Part shown: positions 1 to 12,649 of the stretch, one piece after another
Layout of the letters: each line of letters opens with the position of its first letter
How positions within the stretch are numbered: position 1 is the first letter of the stretch
Source: Scyliorhinus canicula
Taxonomy: Eukaryota
Assembly (NCBI RefSeq): GCF_902713615.1
Contig: NC_052175.1
Span: 9,713,271-9,777,270 of the forward strand
Length of the DNA stretch: 64,000 nt
Direction: 5' to 3'
The notes under the pieces: generated by a model
Seen by the model: the letters and a program-made list of their open reading frames with translations, nothing else
Told to the model about the DNA's origin: nothing
The model's database searches: none
Position numbers and translations under genes: made by a program

Positions 1-400
1 CTTCTCCCTCCTGCATGCTCTTACACCCGGACCCCTGTGGCAAATCCCCCTGCTTTATTCATATAAAACTAAAGGGCTTGAAGAAATTAGGAAGCCCCAA
101 GTCACGGGCGCTAATCATCGCTGTTTCAAGTTACAAAATGTTTGAGGTCACTCTGCCCCCCCTGTTTGCCATAACATTCTATCAGCCAATTTCGTCCGTC
201 CATGCCAGTATTAATCTCATGTCATTCGTTGTTCCTTTGTCCTCTTTCATCAGTTCTCCTATAGGCTTTGCCTTAGCGGGATGTCTTACGGCCAATGTTA
301 AATGGCGTTCTGAAATTAAACCCATCCTAAAAAGGTCCCTCTGACTATGGGTCAACTGTACTAACATTCCAAACCCCACAATACTGAAAAATAAAAAGGA
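1..400 (-). mobile_element. Degenerate retroviral/LTR-type pol fragment (RT thumb-connection region)
   Basis: Manual minus-strand translation across stops and frameshifts gives AKPIGELMKED...AWTDE...AMISARDLGLPNFFKPFSF and YMNKAGGFATGVRV*EHAGGR. This resembles the ERV pol pattern AKPLYEL...WT...ALxSAPxLGLPDyxKPFxL...GFAxGVLxQ. Recognised by eye only. Confidence 0.4.
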
Positions 401-1284
401 GCGATATGCAATGAGGTCTGCTGTCCGAAGTGACTTTGCGTTTGTAAATTGTACGTGTGCTCATCCTCACGAGCATACCAACCCTGCAGTTGATCATCGC
501 TCCTTCTGCAAAATACTTTAGATCATATATATAACAGTAGCAACAACAATAGCAGCAACAACAATAGCAACGACCGCAGAAATCATTTACAAATACTACT
601 GGGGGCGCACACCGGTGTTTATCCTTTCACGAACTTTGAAGTCTCTTTTTTTCAATGTTAGTCTCTAAGGGACCTTTTTTCTTCCCATGCAGCTATCGTT
701 AATTTATAAATTAAGATTATTCACCCTAGCATGAGTTACCGGACAGTAATTAAGGCTGCCGAGCAGCAGATCCCCTTTCAGCTGGGGTCCCGTTATGGCT
801 CTCTCCCTTTCAGCTGAGACGAAGCCAATTTGTCGTAGAAATTACAATACAGACAAATTCCTGGAGGTTCGAGTTAAGGAAATGTACTTACACAAATATA
901 TTTGCGGAGAGAGAATGTTCTGGCTTTTTTGCAAGTGCACGGCAATCTGAGATTCGATTGAAGGAATCATATCTTTATAGTCTGAAATAACAGCTTAAAG
1001 TAAAAAGCCATGTTTATATTACATTGCCATGGAAAGTATGTGCGATGAAATACGTAGTACGTATGTTCTTGCCCTTGGTTAAAACCAACTCGAGTATACA
1101 TTTTGTTATCTTTCGGAGGACAATGTGTTATCATAATAATGCCGAGTCGAATATAGTAAGCAGTACTTTGTTTATGTTACCTGACCTACTTACTTTCGTT
1201 CTAAAAGCTGTGTTAAACTATATAGTCAAGCATTTCCCAGCATGCATCTAAGTTGACAACTCATTAATTTCCCTTCTGCAGCAT

Positions 1285-1565
1285 CATAGGCACATATGTT
1301 CACATACAGAGGCGCACAATAATGCACACGCAGATGATCATTCACAAACACATGCACACTCATTCTCTCTCTCACACAAACAGACTCACTATAAAACACA
1401 CACTACCATTCACTCACATTCACGGATACACATTAACACTCATTCTTGCAGATGCACATTCATGAAATCACAACTGACCCAAACACAAGAATAAACACAA
1501 TCGCACTCATCGACTCACACACAAACGCACAGTCAAAAGCACAGACGCATATACTAACACACACT
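1285..1565. repeat. CA-rich low-complexity tract
   Basis: Degenerate cacaca/acacat repeats. Confidence 0.8.
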
Positions 1566-1589
1566 GGAAAGCTGAATTATATTATATTG

Positions 1590-2060
1590 CGATGCACAAC
1601 TGCACTGCACTGGGATTCTGGAGTGCATGGTGCCCAGAGTGTATTGCACTGGATTTAGGAATGAATGTTACTGAGACATAGCAGTGCACTGTACTTGTGT
1701 GCATGATTGCGCTACAGTAGGATGCAACATTGTCCAGCTGTGAGCAGGGGATTTGCTGTACTGAGGTACTGGAGTATGCTATATTTTGATGCGGGACTGT
1801 AGTATTATGGGATGTTAGAGTGTGCGACTGGGATGCAGGACTTCACGATGTGAGGATGCAGGAGTGTGCTGTACTGCGGGGCAATGTTTCATGATGCTGG
1901 TTTGCAAGATTGCCCGGTACTAGTTTGCAGGTGTATACCATGGAGGGATGCAAGAATGTGCTGTACTGGGATGCATGAATGAGCTGTATTGGGTGGCAGT
2001 GTTTCATCCTATTGGGATGCAGTACTGTTTTGTACTTAGATACAGGAATTCTCTGTACTA
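1590..2060. repeat. Degenerate ~22-bp minisatellite (gtgtgctgtactgggatgcagga-like)
   Basis: Recurring tgtgctgtactg and ggatgcagga motifs; the same motif family recurs at 5935-6375. Confidence 0.6.
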
Positions 2061-2109
2061 CGGTCCTCATTTTTCAGCGCTTGTTCAACATTGCAGTGTG
2101 CAGACCTTA

Positions 2110-2690
2110 CCATGCAGAGCCAAGTGCCTTTTAAATGATTTGAATATTCCAGCCACAATCATCAAGTTCGACAGTGCATTCCAGACACCCATCGCCCTCT
2201 GGGTGAAACGAGCATTCCATGAAGTCCTCTCAGATCCTTTTTTTCAGTCTCATTTCACGATTGCCGCTATCAGATCCACAGCTTAAAGAAACACATCTTC
2301 CCTGTCCAACCTGTCCAGGCCCCTCATAATTTTGTAAATATCCATAAGGTCTGCCCTTAGCCACCTGTGTTCTAAAGATAACAATCCGAGACAATCTCTT
2401 CTCATTGCCTCATCATCTAAGCCCTGACAACGTGTTTGTAAATCTCTTCTTCACTCCGCCCAGGGCATTTTGGTCCTCCCTGTAATGTGGTGATCTGAAT
2501 TATAAAAAGTCTCCGGCTCTGGTCTAATAGCGTATAGACCGTTCCAACAATACATCCTGCTTCTGAATTCATTATCTATCCCAATAAAGAAACTCATTCC
2601 AGATGTTTTCTTGACCACCTTGTCGACCTGTTCTGCCACCTTTTTGGGCCAGTGGGCACGCACTTCGGGTCGCCCACTTCCTCAACTACG
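2110..2690 (-). mobile_element. Old CR1 LINE 3' fragment
   Basis: Minus ORF 2451-2663 (KVAEQVDKVVKKTSGMSFFIG...EFRSR) matches the CR1 ORF2 C-terminal region seen in intact copies in this window. Confidence 0.75.
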
Positions 2691-2694
2691 TTGT

Positions 2695-3005
2695 GAGCAC
2701 GGTAGCACGGTGGTTAGCACTGTCGCTTCAGAGCTACAGGGTCCCACGTTCGATTCACGGCTTGGGACACTGCGGAGTCTGCACGTTCTCCCCGTGCCTG
2801 CTTGAGTTTCGTCCGGTTGCTCCGGTTTCTTCCCACAAGTCCATGTGCTGGTTAATTGCTCTCAGTGTCCAAAGACATTTAGAGGGGTTACTGTGTTACG
2901 AGGATAGGGTAGAGGTGTGATCTTGGGCAGGGTAATCTTGCAATGGGCCGATGCAGACTCAATGGGCCGAGTGGCCTCCTTCTGCTCAGTAATTTCTACT
3001 ATGAT
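2695..3005 (+). mobile_element. HE1-like V-SINE
   Basis: tRNA-derived head (gcacggtagcacggtggttagc...gttcgattc), V-domain core (gagtctgcacgttctccccgtg...ggtttc), tail ggccgagtggcctccttctg. Confidence 0.85.
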
Positions 3006-3019
3006 GATGATCTGTCAAC

Positions 3020-3660
3020 GGCCAAAATCTGTGTCAGCTTCAAATGTAACAATTATTCCACCCACGTTTATGCCTAAATCATTAATATTTGCAACAAACA
3101 ACATGGCCTCAACACTGACGCCCATGGAGATCACTGAAATATATTTTTCATGTGCAATATATTCCTTGCCCTTTGCTTCCTGTCACAGCTAGATTAGGAT
3201 CCAACCTGCCTCTTTCCCCTGTATCCCATGATATGTTACTTTTCTAACATTCTGCCACGAGGGACCTTGTGAAATACATTACTGAAATCCACGTAGACAA
3301 TATCCACTGCAATACCGTCACCGATCTTCCTCTCTTACTTTTTCATAAAAATCTATGGAGTTAGTAAGTCACGATCTTCTCCAAATAAGACCATACTGCC
3401 CAGCCATGATAAATCCGTGCCTTTCTAAGTGACAGTTTGACTCTCAAAATTGTTTCCAATAATCTTCCCACTACTGGAGTCTGCCTGTCTGGCATATAGC
3501 GTTCAGGCCTATCCCTTGCACCATCCTAAAATAACGGTTAAACCTTTTTCCGTCGCCAACCTCCTGATACCTCACCTGTATAGAAGGAGCATTGGAAAAT
3601 AAACCTAAAAGCGGCGGCCCATTTCCTTCCTGGCTTCCTTGAACAGCCTGAAGGCAACCA
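3020..3660 (-). mobile_element. Old CR1 RT fragment
   Basis: Reverse complement shows decayed GVxxGSVLGP and AVDIVYVDF-type CR1 RT motifs. Confidence 0.6.
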
Positions 3661-4529
3661 TATGACCCTGGTAAATTCTCCACCTTCCAGTATCAGTGCA
3701 TCCTCTATATTATGGTTACCATAATGGTTCCGCTTGCCCCTTCCCCCATTTGCCCAACTTCATTTCCGTGTGTTAAATCTAGATGTGCACACCTCTCATT
3801 GGGGTTATTGCGTGCTGGCGAGAAACATTATCTTCAATATAGTTGAAGTGTCTTTCGCACTATTTGTATCCGAATTGATATTTGGGTAGTTGAGGTCCCG
3901 AGAGATAACCCCTTTTTTTTTACACTCAGAAATCTGAATATATTTGCCCTTCTAACTCATTTCTGCTAATTGGTGGATTATCATAGTTATAAGCAGTGAG
4001 AATTCCAGGTTAGAAATTTCTGATCTTAACGGATATGACCTGATTTGACGTTACATTTAGTATATCATCCATCCTGTCATTGATTCTTTATCCTATAATG
4101 ATGCCCACTCCCTATCATGCTTGAAAACTCAGTATCAACTCTTGCGATCATGAAGGATAGTGACATTTAAGGGGCATCTTGACCAATACATGAATAGGAT
4201 GGATTAGAGGTATACGGACTAAGGACGTGTTTAAGAGTTTAGATTAGAAGGGCAGGGTTGGCGGCACAGGCTTGGAGGTCCGAAGGGCCTGTTGCTGTGC
4301 TGTACGTTTCTTTGTTCTTTGTTCTAAATGCCATGGTTTCCCCTACTCAAGCCAAGTCTCTGTTGTGGCAATTATATCATTCCACCATGTGTCTATTAGT
4401 GACCTAAGCTCATCAGTTTTATTGGCTGTGATACTTGAATTTACATATATCTATCGATATATATATATATATAGGCACTGCCAAAAATCTGTGTGCTGTC
4501 TGTTTTTCGGCGTCACTCACTGATTCCCA

Positions 4530-5540
4530 ATATTTTGATCCCAACTCTTAACTTACATTCAGATTCCCAACTCCTCAATTAATCTATATTAATACCTCCA
4601 CTCTTCACGTCCCCAACAACGCTAACATATATTCTTCCCATTCCTTTTCAGCTGTAGATGTTTAGACTAGCACAGCTCTGATTCCCAGAACTTGTTAAAA
4701 TGCATCAAAAAGCTGATGTCCTCCCACTTATGGCGCATATACGACCATGGGATTACTCCCTCATTTTCTTGTTTGCATAATCATCAGCATGTTGGACAGT
4801 GAGTAATCCTAGGATTTCTGCTTTTGCGATCATTACTTCCAAGCTTCATTTTAGTTCCCTAAAGTCTGCTTTCAGGAACTTGCAATCTTCCCTATCTGAT
4901 CCATTGGGACCGACGTGGATGGCAACCTCTATCTGATTGCACTGCTCCAGAAGAATGTGCTGAAGTTGTTCCGTGACATCCTTGGCCCTAGCACCAGACA
5001 GGCAACATAGCATCCTGGAGTCAAGTATATGGTCAGACATAAACACCTCATTGAACGAATCCATTTTTACTGCTGTTCATATCCCCTACTTTCCCCTCTG
5101 CCGTACAGCAGAATTGTCTGTGGTGCCACAGACGTGTCTCTGACCAAATTCTTCTGAGGAATTAACACTCTCTCTTGTATGCAAAACGGAACTCTGATCA
5201 ATCAACGGGACATCAGGAGACTCTCCACAACATGTGTGGTTTTCTTGGACTACCCACCTGCCGTCAATGCCCTTTCTGCCGAAGGCTCCGAAGTTGCTTT
5301 GAGATGGCGTGATTGAACATGCCCTCCACATAGTTCCCGGCCTCGTGGATGTGTCACAGTGACTACAGCCACCGCCTGAGCTCCAAAGTTCAGAGCTCAG
5401 GATTTTGCAGCTGGTGACACTTTCTGCACACGTGCTGGCCTTGACAGAACGAGGATCCAATACTTCCCACATACATCAGGAAGGACAAACCATCAGACTG
5501 AGTTGTCTTGCCGTGGCTTCAATTTTCTTCTCTCACATTA
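4530..5540 (-). mobile_element. Old CR1 ORF1 (Zn-finger plus SGNH esterase) fragment
   Basis: ORF 4846-5064 CCLSGARAKDV...VAIHVGPN...DFREL matches the CR1 ORF1 esterase of other copies here; 5405-5530 carries the MWEV...TC motif. Confidence 0.75.
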
Positions 5541-5734
5541 ACCGTCTTTTACTTTGCTTAACGTATGTAGCATTATTCCACATGACCTCGAATTTATTTC
5601 GCTATTCCTTGTGTTTCTCACTGTAAGTAGTCCATTCTTTTAAAAATAACGTGTTTTTCTATTTCTCCGCTCCTTGATAACCACTGTTTTCCATCGGTTT
5701 GTTAAATATACATTTCTAACTAATGGACAATTAA

Positions 5735-5925
5735 GCGCTGCCAAGCCACCTTCACAGCACATCTTTCGGTTGTGTGGGCGATCCACGCAGACATGGGGGA
5801 GGGGGGAGGCGGGGTGGCGCGGGCCGAATTTCCAAACTCCACATGGACAGTGACCCGGGCTTCAAGTCGAACCCGGGACCTCTGTACCGTGAGGCATCAG
5901 TGCTAACCATTGCGCCGTCCTACAT
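5735..5925 (-). mobile_element. Degenerate HE1-like SINE
   Basis: aaactccacatggacagtgacccggg...cgaacccgggacc...gtgctaaccattgcgcc is the reverse complement of the SINE head. Confidence 0.6.
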
Positions 5926-5934
5926 ATCATTGGT

Positions 5935-6375
5935 AAAATGAGTGTGCTGCAAATATGCAGGAGCGTGCTGTCGTTGGATTAAACAGTTGTTGCACTGAGC
6001 TGCAGAGTATGCTCTAATGTGATGAAGGAATGAACATTCCTGAGTTGAAGGAATGTGCTTTCCTGTGATGCAGGGATTTGTGTTATTGAGATTCAAGAGT
6101 GTGTTGTACTGTGATGAAGGAGTTCATAGTTCTGAGTGAAGGAGTGTGTTGTACTGGAATACAAGTGTTTCTGTCATTGAGATTCAGGAGTGCGCTGTAC
6201 TGGAATGCAAGAATGTGCTGCTCTCGGATGCAGTTGTGTCTGGCATGGAGATACAGCTGTCTGCTGTTATGGGAAGCATGAGTGCATTGCACAGTGAGGC
6301 AGAAGTGCCCCATACTGGTTCGTGGGAATGTGAGGGTGTCTGGGGAGTGTAAAACGCCAGAGTTTAAAAAATGCA
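5935..6375. repeat. Degenerate minisatellite (gagtgtgctgtactgg...gcagga)
   Basis: Repeated gtgt(g)ttgtactg and gtgcgctgtactgg units. Confidence 0.6.
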
Positions 6376-7165
6376 GTAACATTCCTGTCTTTTCTGGCTC
6401 AAAAACATAGTTGTGCTTTGTTAGATGTTTCGTCTAATGATGAACCATGTTCTCATTGCCCAGTGAATAATTTAACTCATCTGCCTTATTGTATGACAGG
6501 GAAAGGAACAAGGTCACTGGGTATTAGGCAGAATGTTTTGCTGTAATCAATACACAGTCAGCGTGCAAACGGAATAATAGATTAAAACAGAGGCTGGAGT
6601 GGGCAGGATGCATGGTAACACAATACAGAAAATTGATATTTTTCTCGAAAGTTCCCAGTGACGGTGTGGAAGTCAATAACTTTTGAAGTTTTCATTTCTG
6701 CTTCCTGCCATTGTTTCCTTCCCGGTTGCTGTCTTGACTTTCAAAACACTTTGATTTAATAAAGCAATGATCAAAGAAACTGGCCAAACCTTCGGAAACA
6801 AACACCCCTCACTGACTGCAATTTGAATTAGTAGAGATAAGAAAATCATAATAAGTTTTCATTCCGAAAGTAATCTCACATTAAATGCTCAGAGTTAGTT
6901 TGTAAACCCCATGCATCGAAAATGTATACCTGGCAAGGTCAATATTATTGCATATCTCTAATTGCCATCAGGTGCTGGTGAGCCACCTACTTGAAGTATT
7001 GTACTCCATCTGGGTGCACCCATGTTAGGGAGTGCTTTTCAGAATTTTACATGGTAGCAGTGAACAAATGACAATATAATTCCATGTCGGAAAGGTAGTT
7101 GTACACAAATAAACGAAACTGGGATTGCATTCTTCAGACTGTGCCACAGAAAATGCGTAAAAATG

Positions 7166-8082
7166 TTAAAACGTTTTGAGGCCTTCTGACTGAAAAAAAT
7201 TGGTAATTATTATGAGGGGATATTTCACTCCATTCTTCAGCTCATGTCTGAATTTCTTCTGCGTAACAGCATATATGAACGTGTTGGTGCAGCAACTCAA
7301 GAGCTGAAGCATGAACCCTATTTCACGAACAAATGTTGGCAGGGGAACTGGAAGCCCCAAGTAATCGAGTCGTGTCAATACAGAACACACCATGAAGACG
7401 ACCCACAACACTATGAAATTGCCCGAAATCACAAACAGTAAAATCATGGACTTCCTTCGGCTCCTCATCTCTGGGTCACTGGTACGGTCCCCACTGCTCT
7501 GACACTGGAGTTGGCTGCGAGACCTGTTGGCCACGATAATATTTTTCACCGTCAATGCATTGAACAACAGTATCAAAACAAATGGAACTAAAGGATTTAA
7601 AACATAATGAATAAATTCAATGATGGACCAGACCAAAGAGTGAAGTACAGGAACCCTTATGATGCAAAACCAAGGACCGTTGGAAAGTGAATATTCACTT
7701 GTGTACATAAAAAACCAGAAAATGTTCTTCAAACAACTTAGTGCAGTCACTGCCCCAAGGACAAAAGAGGCTGTCTTCGCAGTGCAGTATTTAGTTTTCA
7801 GTTTTTGAGAATAGATTGCCACAAAGCGATCAAAGGTGAAAGTGACGGTGAACCAGACAGAACAGTCAGTGACAGCATAAAGGAGAACGGCATGATAATT
7901 GCAAATTCGAACAAAGTGCAGAAACCTCGATTGCTCACGATAAACGATAGGAATGTGCCTCAGGATCAGATCCATGACAACAACCAATAGGTCCGCTGCT
8001 GCCATTGCAACCAGATAGCTTGTTACACATTTAGAGAGGCCACACTTACCACGACAGATGACCACAATCGTCACCACGTTAA
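7166..8082 (-). CDS. GPR139/142-like class A orphan GPCR, exon 2 (TM1 end to TM7 and C-terminus)
   Basis: Uninterrupted frame with family motifs RGKCGLSKC, YLVAMAAADLL, SVWFTVTFTFDRFVAI (DRY variant), PFVLILLFNALTV, DPEMRSRRKSMILL and LLSCCTNTFIYAVTQKKFR. The expected acceptor at 8084-8083 reads AT, not AG. Confidence 0.9.
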
Positions 8083-8399
8083 ATGAAAGCACAAAGAGAA
8101 TGTGGAGTTATCCCCCACAATGCCAAAATATTAAAGTATTTCCCATGAACCAAGGCAATAGTTTCAGTAATATGCATAAGTATATTCTTCACAAGCCATT
8201 ATTATTCGTCAAAAACCTGCAGTGATGAAATATAGTATTGCAGAATATTTCACAACAAAAATGGAGTCATGGAGATCAATTGTGTAATCAATGAAATTAG
8301 TGTAATAAATCACACAAATTAAACATGTCTTCAAATGTATTGTGAATTTACATAGAATTCGAAGAGATGAATTAATTTCAAATAAAAAGAAACCAATCT

Positions 8400-9080
8400 G
8401 CTGGACTTCATCTGACTAACCACAGAAGACCAGGGACAGGTTGCAATCGGTCATTCATGATTCAGGCATGGAGGGAACTCTCCCAGAAAATATTGTGGAG
8501 GAACACGCTCCACTTTTACAAACCTCAGCTCTAATAAAGCTCTCAGAGGGAGAGCTGGATAATACGCCCGTGTCTTCTATAAAACGTAGGTTAGTCTATA
8601 AACCGTTGGTCATCCCACAGCTGGAATTTTGTCTGCAATTTTTCAATCCGCATTATAGGAGGAATATGAATGCCGGTTCGGGAACATGGGGGATTCACAA
8701 TGATGCTGCCTGGGTTGGAGCATTCTAGTTCTGAAGAGGGATTTGATAGGCTGTTTGTTTTTCATAGAGCAGAGGAGACTGAGGGGAACATGATTGCCAT
8801 GTATAAAGGAATGAGAGGCATAGATAAATTAGACAGGTAGAAACATTTCCCATTGGTGGAGCGAGCAATGACCAATGGGGAACATTTTTAAGGTAAGGGG
8901 CAGGAGGTTTAGAGGCAACCTGAGTAAAATAATTTTCCTCCAAAGGTTGGTGAGTGTCAGTAACTCACTGCCTGAAATGGTGGCGGAGGTAGTAACCCTC
9001 GTGACACTTAAAAAAGTATTTAGATGTGGATCTGAGACGCCAAAGCTAAGTGCGGGAAAATTGGATTATAATCTGGTTGT
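8400..9080 (+). mobile_element. Old CR1 3' fragments in the GPCR intron
   Basis: IPQLEFCLQFFNPHYRR and FKVRGRRFRGNLSKIIFLQRLVSVSNSLP are decayed CR1 ORF2 C-terminal motifs. Confidence 0.7.
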
Positions 9081-9124
9081 TTTCTTCATATAATTGCCTG
9101 AGAGGGAAAAACACTATCCCAAAG

Positions 9125-9410
9125 AATTCTTATTGTGCTGAAGCAGGTCATTCGTCCCAGCAGATATGCAACGACACTGAAAAATCGCAGCCCTTGTCGG
9201 ACCACTCTCCCACCATATCCCGATAACCCTATCTAATCTGCAGTCTTTTCAAACTGAGGGTCAGTTTAGCATGTTCGAAACACCGAATTTGCAGATCTTC
9301 GAACAGTGGAAGAAATCGAGAGCACATGGGGTTAACACACAAACTCCGCACCGTCACCCAATGCCGGGATTGAACAGGCAGCACGTTTTACCACTGTGCC
9401 ACCGTACCGC
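9125..9410 (-). mobile_element. Degenerate HE1-like SINE
   Basis: aaactccgcaccgtcacc...ccgggattgaac...accactgtgccaccgt is the reverse complement of the SINE head. Confidence 0.55.
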
Positions 9411-9924
9411 CTCTTCGAATGCAGCTCTCAGCTCCAATTCAGCTCTCGAAGAGAGAGCATGCGAAGATCTTAGCTCTGAGAAATGTCGTTATTCTGGCCT
9501 CAGCAACATATTTCGGGGGAGCCTGGAGAAAACGTACAATTTTGCCACATTCTGTGTGAGTGCAGCAGTCCTTTCTGCTTTCAGAGCTGAAGGCTTATCT
9601 GTCCACCTTAACAGCTTTGAACACCGTGCATACGATTGAAAATGAGCTTGTAACGTAGAAAAGGAAAACTGGTTTTCCGTTCATGAACAGTTCTTACTTT
9701 CTGTGCTCACACACGTACTACAGCAAATGTACTTAGGGCATTGAGCACTCCTGTAGAATTAAACAATCCAAACCTTCCCATTATAATGGCTGCACCATTT
9801 TGCATCCGGCTACAACAGATCAAATATGCAATCCCTCTATATGCTTCATTCTAGAGGCCAGGCCCATTTTGAACCTTGATTCTATATCATTTACCAATTT
9901 ATATAGAACCACAGAAGAACCATA

Positions 9925-10255
9925 GAATAATCAGAGTGCACAAATAGACCATTCGGCGTATCGAGTCTTCATTAACTCTCTGAAATAACACCTTTACCGC
10001 GCTCCATTGCCTTCGCCCGAAAATGCACCTAACCTAGATATCTTTGAACGCAAAGGAACAATTTTTATCCAATCCGCCTGATCTACGCAATATCTCGCAT
10101 GGAAAATCCACCGAAGCTGAATATCTGTGGACTGTGAAACCAACGCAGACACGGGGAGAAAATGCAAACTCATCTCAGTCAGTCACTCAACGCCGGACTT
10201 GGAACCGGGTGCCTGTCACTATGAGGCAGCAGTGCAAACCATTGTGCCACTGTTC
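9925..10255 (-). mobile_element. Degenerate HE1-like SINE
   Basis: Tail (catagaata...gaccattcggc) through to head (accattgtgccactg). Confidence 0.6.
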
Positions 10256-10264
10256 TAGTCCTAT

Positions 10265-10588
10265 AGTGTCACACCATTTACAGTGCAGAAGGTGGCGATT
10301 CGGCCCATCGAGTCTTCACCGGCTCTTGGAAAGAGCACCCTTCCCAAGCCCACCGTATCCCCATAACCCAGTATTCCCACCTAACACGATGGGCAATTTA
10401 GTATGGCCAATCCAACTAACCTGCACATCTTTGGTCTGTGGGAGGAAACCGGAGCACCCGGAGGAAACCCAGGCACACGCTGGGAGAACATGCAGACTCC
10501 GCACATACAGTTACCCAAGCCGGGAATCGAACCTAGGACCCTGGAGCTGTGAAGCGGTTGTGCTAACCACTATGCTACCGTGCTGCTC
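10265..10588 (-). mobile_element. HE1-like V-SINE
   Basis: Full head, V-core (gggaggaaaccggagcacccggaggaaaccc) and tail on the reverse strand. Confidence 0.9.
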
Positions 10589-11074
10589 TATATATTAACA
10601 ACATATAAAACACAATTAAGAATGCCATTTTTGCTCCGTCTCCTGCACACTGAATCAGAACAATTGAAACATCTACAAAATTCTTGAGTACTATGGCAAA
10701 AAAAGACTGAAACCGCACAATAGTATCAAGAACAGTACTAAAAATAGTCAAAAGGACATATCATATGCCAGCCAGAAGCCTAGGCGCATCAGTCATTTTA
10801 AATAAAACAGGCCAAGAGCTTAAAAATAATGAGCAATTGCTTAAACTTGGAATTGTGAGAATTCAGACAACGAATCACACGATGTTGAAATCCATTACAA
10901 GGAAGCTGCTGGAAGAATGTTCAATGTTCATTAACCTGGTAGCAATGATATTTTCAGCAGAATGATTACAGCACGATGAATAATGGACCAGATGAGATCA
11001 GAGGCATATTTCCCGACCAACCCCTGTCTCCGTACGTACAGCAAACTGGAAACACTTAATGAAGCACGGAGTAG

Positions 11075-11500
11075 TTGGACATAATTCAGAAATGTATCTT
11101 ATTATGGGCGACACGTTGGAGTTTAGAAGGTTCAGGGGGGATCTCATTGTAATATCCAGGATCGTGAGAGACCTTGAAATAGTGGACATGGAGAGACTGT
11201 TTCCACTTGTAGAAAAAACAAGAACCCGAAGGCACAGACTCAGACTGAAGGCACGATCCTTTAAAACAGAGGTGAGAAGGAGTTTTTTCAGCCAGAGGAT
11301 GGTGAATCTGTGGAACACTGCCGCAGGTGGTTGTGTACTTTAAGACAGAGCGAGATAGGTTGCTGATTAACATTGGGACCAGGGTTTATGGGGCGAAGGA
11401 AGGATTATGTGGTTGAGAAACGTCTCAACCACCAATGAATGGGCGTGCCGGAGTTATTGGATGATTGTGCTAATTCTGCTCCTGTGTCGTATGGTCTTCT
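11075..11500 (+). mobile_element. Old CR1 3' end
   Basis: LEFRRFRGDLI...RTRRHRLRLKARSFKTEVRRSFFSQRMVNLWN. Confidence 0.75.
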
Positions 11501-11599
11501 GGTATTATGCACATCAAGGTGTATTAACCATTGTGTTCACATGAGTGAATGGGAGTTGACGCCAGTGCAACATAGCCCATCGTCAAATGTACACTTTAA

Positions 11600-12130
11600 G
11601 AAAGAATAGAGAAACGGGAGAAGAAGAAAATTATATATGAAAAAGAGGAAGAGAGTGAGAGAGTAAGAGAGGGAGAGGGAGAGAGTGAGAGAGAGGGAGA
11701 GAGAGTGTAAGAAAGAAAGAATGAAATAAAGAAAGAAAGATAGAAAGGAAGATAGAAAGAAAGAAATAAAGATAGATAGAAAGTAAGAAAGATAGAAAGA
11801 AAGTAAGTAAGAAAGAAAGATAGATTGATAGATAGATATAAAGAAAGAAAAAATAAACCAAGAAAGAAAGATACATAAAAATAAATAAACAAGGAAATAA
11901 ATAGAGAAAGAAAAAGAAAAAAGAGACATAGAAAGAAATAATTAAAGAGAGAAAGACAGAGAGAAAGAAATAAGAAAGAAATGAATAAAAATTAAGAGGG
12001 AAAGAAAGAAGGAAGAGAAAATAGCAGAAACGTGAAGGCGAAAAGTTGCAGAAGTATAAAGAAAAAATATGCAAAAGAAAAGAGCGAAAGATAGAATGAG
12101 AGAAAAGGAAGAAAGAAATGGATGAACGCA
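11600..12130. repeat. Purine-rich (GAAA/GATA/GA)n microsatellite in the GPCR intron
   Basis: Almost pure A/G on the plus strand; it produces several spurious S/F/L ORFs. Confidence 0.95.
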
Positions 12131-12320
12131 TAGAAATAAATATGAGCCGCAATGTCCAATCATTCTAAATAGCTTTCGGGCCATGGAGGTATCTTTCGCA
12201 TAGATTTACTGCCGTAATGTGAAAACATTTTCACTTTTGTAATTCAGGGAAAGCAAGAAAATAAATTGGATCTGTTAAAGCTTTAAGAGAGATAAGTACA
12301 AAACCCAGGTAATGACTTAC

Positions 12321-12417
12321 GTGGGACGCCGGACGCGGCCAAGATGGGGAAGTAAATATTTTCTATGTCATTAAGTGTCCAAAGAATCTTGAGCTTCATC
12401 AGAAAACTGAGAGCCAT
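12321..12417 (-). CDS. GPR139/142-like GPCR, coding exon 1 (N-terminus and TM1 start)
   Basis: MALSFLMKLKILWTLNDIENIYFPILAASGVP followed by the perfect donor C|GTAAGT at 12320. ATG context is gacaacATGG. The phase-1 junction to TT AAC at 8082 gives GVP-L-NVV and a 1014-nt, 337-aa CDS. Confidence 0.8.
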
Positions 12418-12649
12418 GTTGTCCTCAGTTAAGTGTGACGAATTAGGTGTTGCTGTTGATAGTGGAAGAAATGATCCGCTCACGTTTGGAAAGAATCCCT
12501 TTCTTTATGAGGAGGGAGCTAAAGAAAAGTCAAGACCCGGGGTCCATGATGCCTGGAGTTGATTACAGTCACTGAACAAACAAAGTTAACATCTAAAACT
12601 CTAAGGCATTAAACACAAAACCAGAATTTCCAAATGTACAATTCCCTGA

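Noticed and set aside
8083-8092. Single-exon GPCR starting at the ORF-track GTG (8092)
   Set aside because: It would lack most of TM1; a family-typical exon 1 with a phase-compatible donor lies at 12321-12417.
11537-12184. Several S/F/L-rich ORFs resembling membrane proteins
   Set aside because: They are translations of a (GAAA/GA)n microsatellite.
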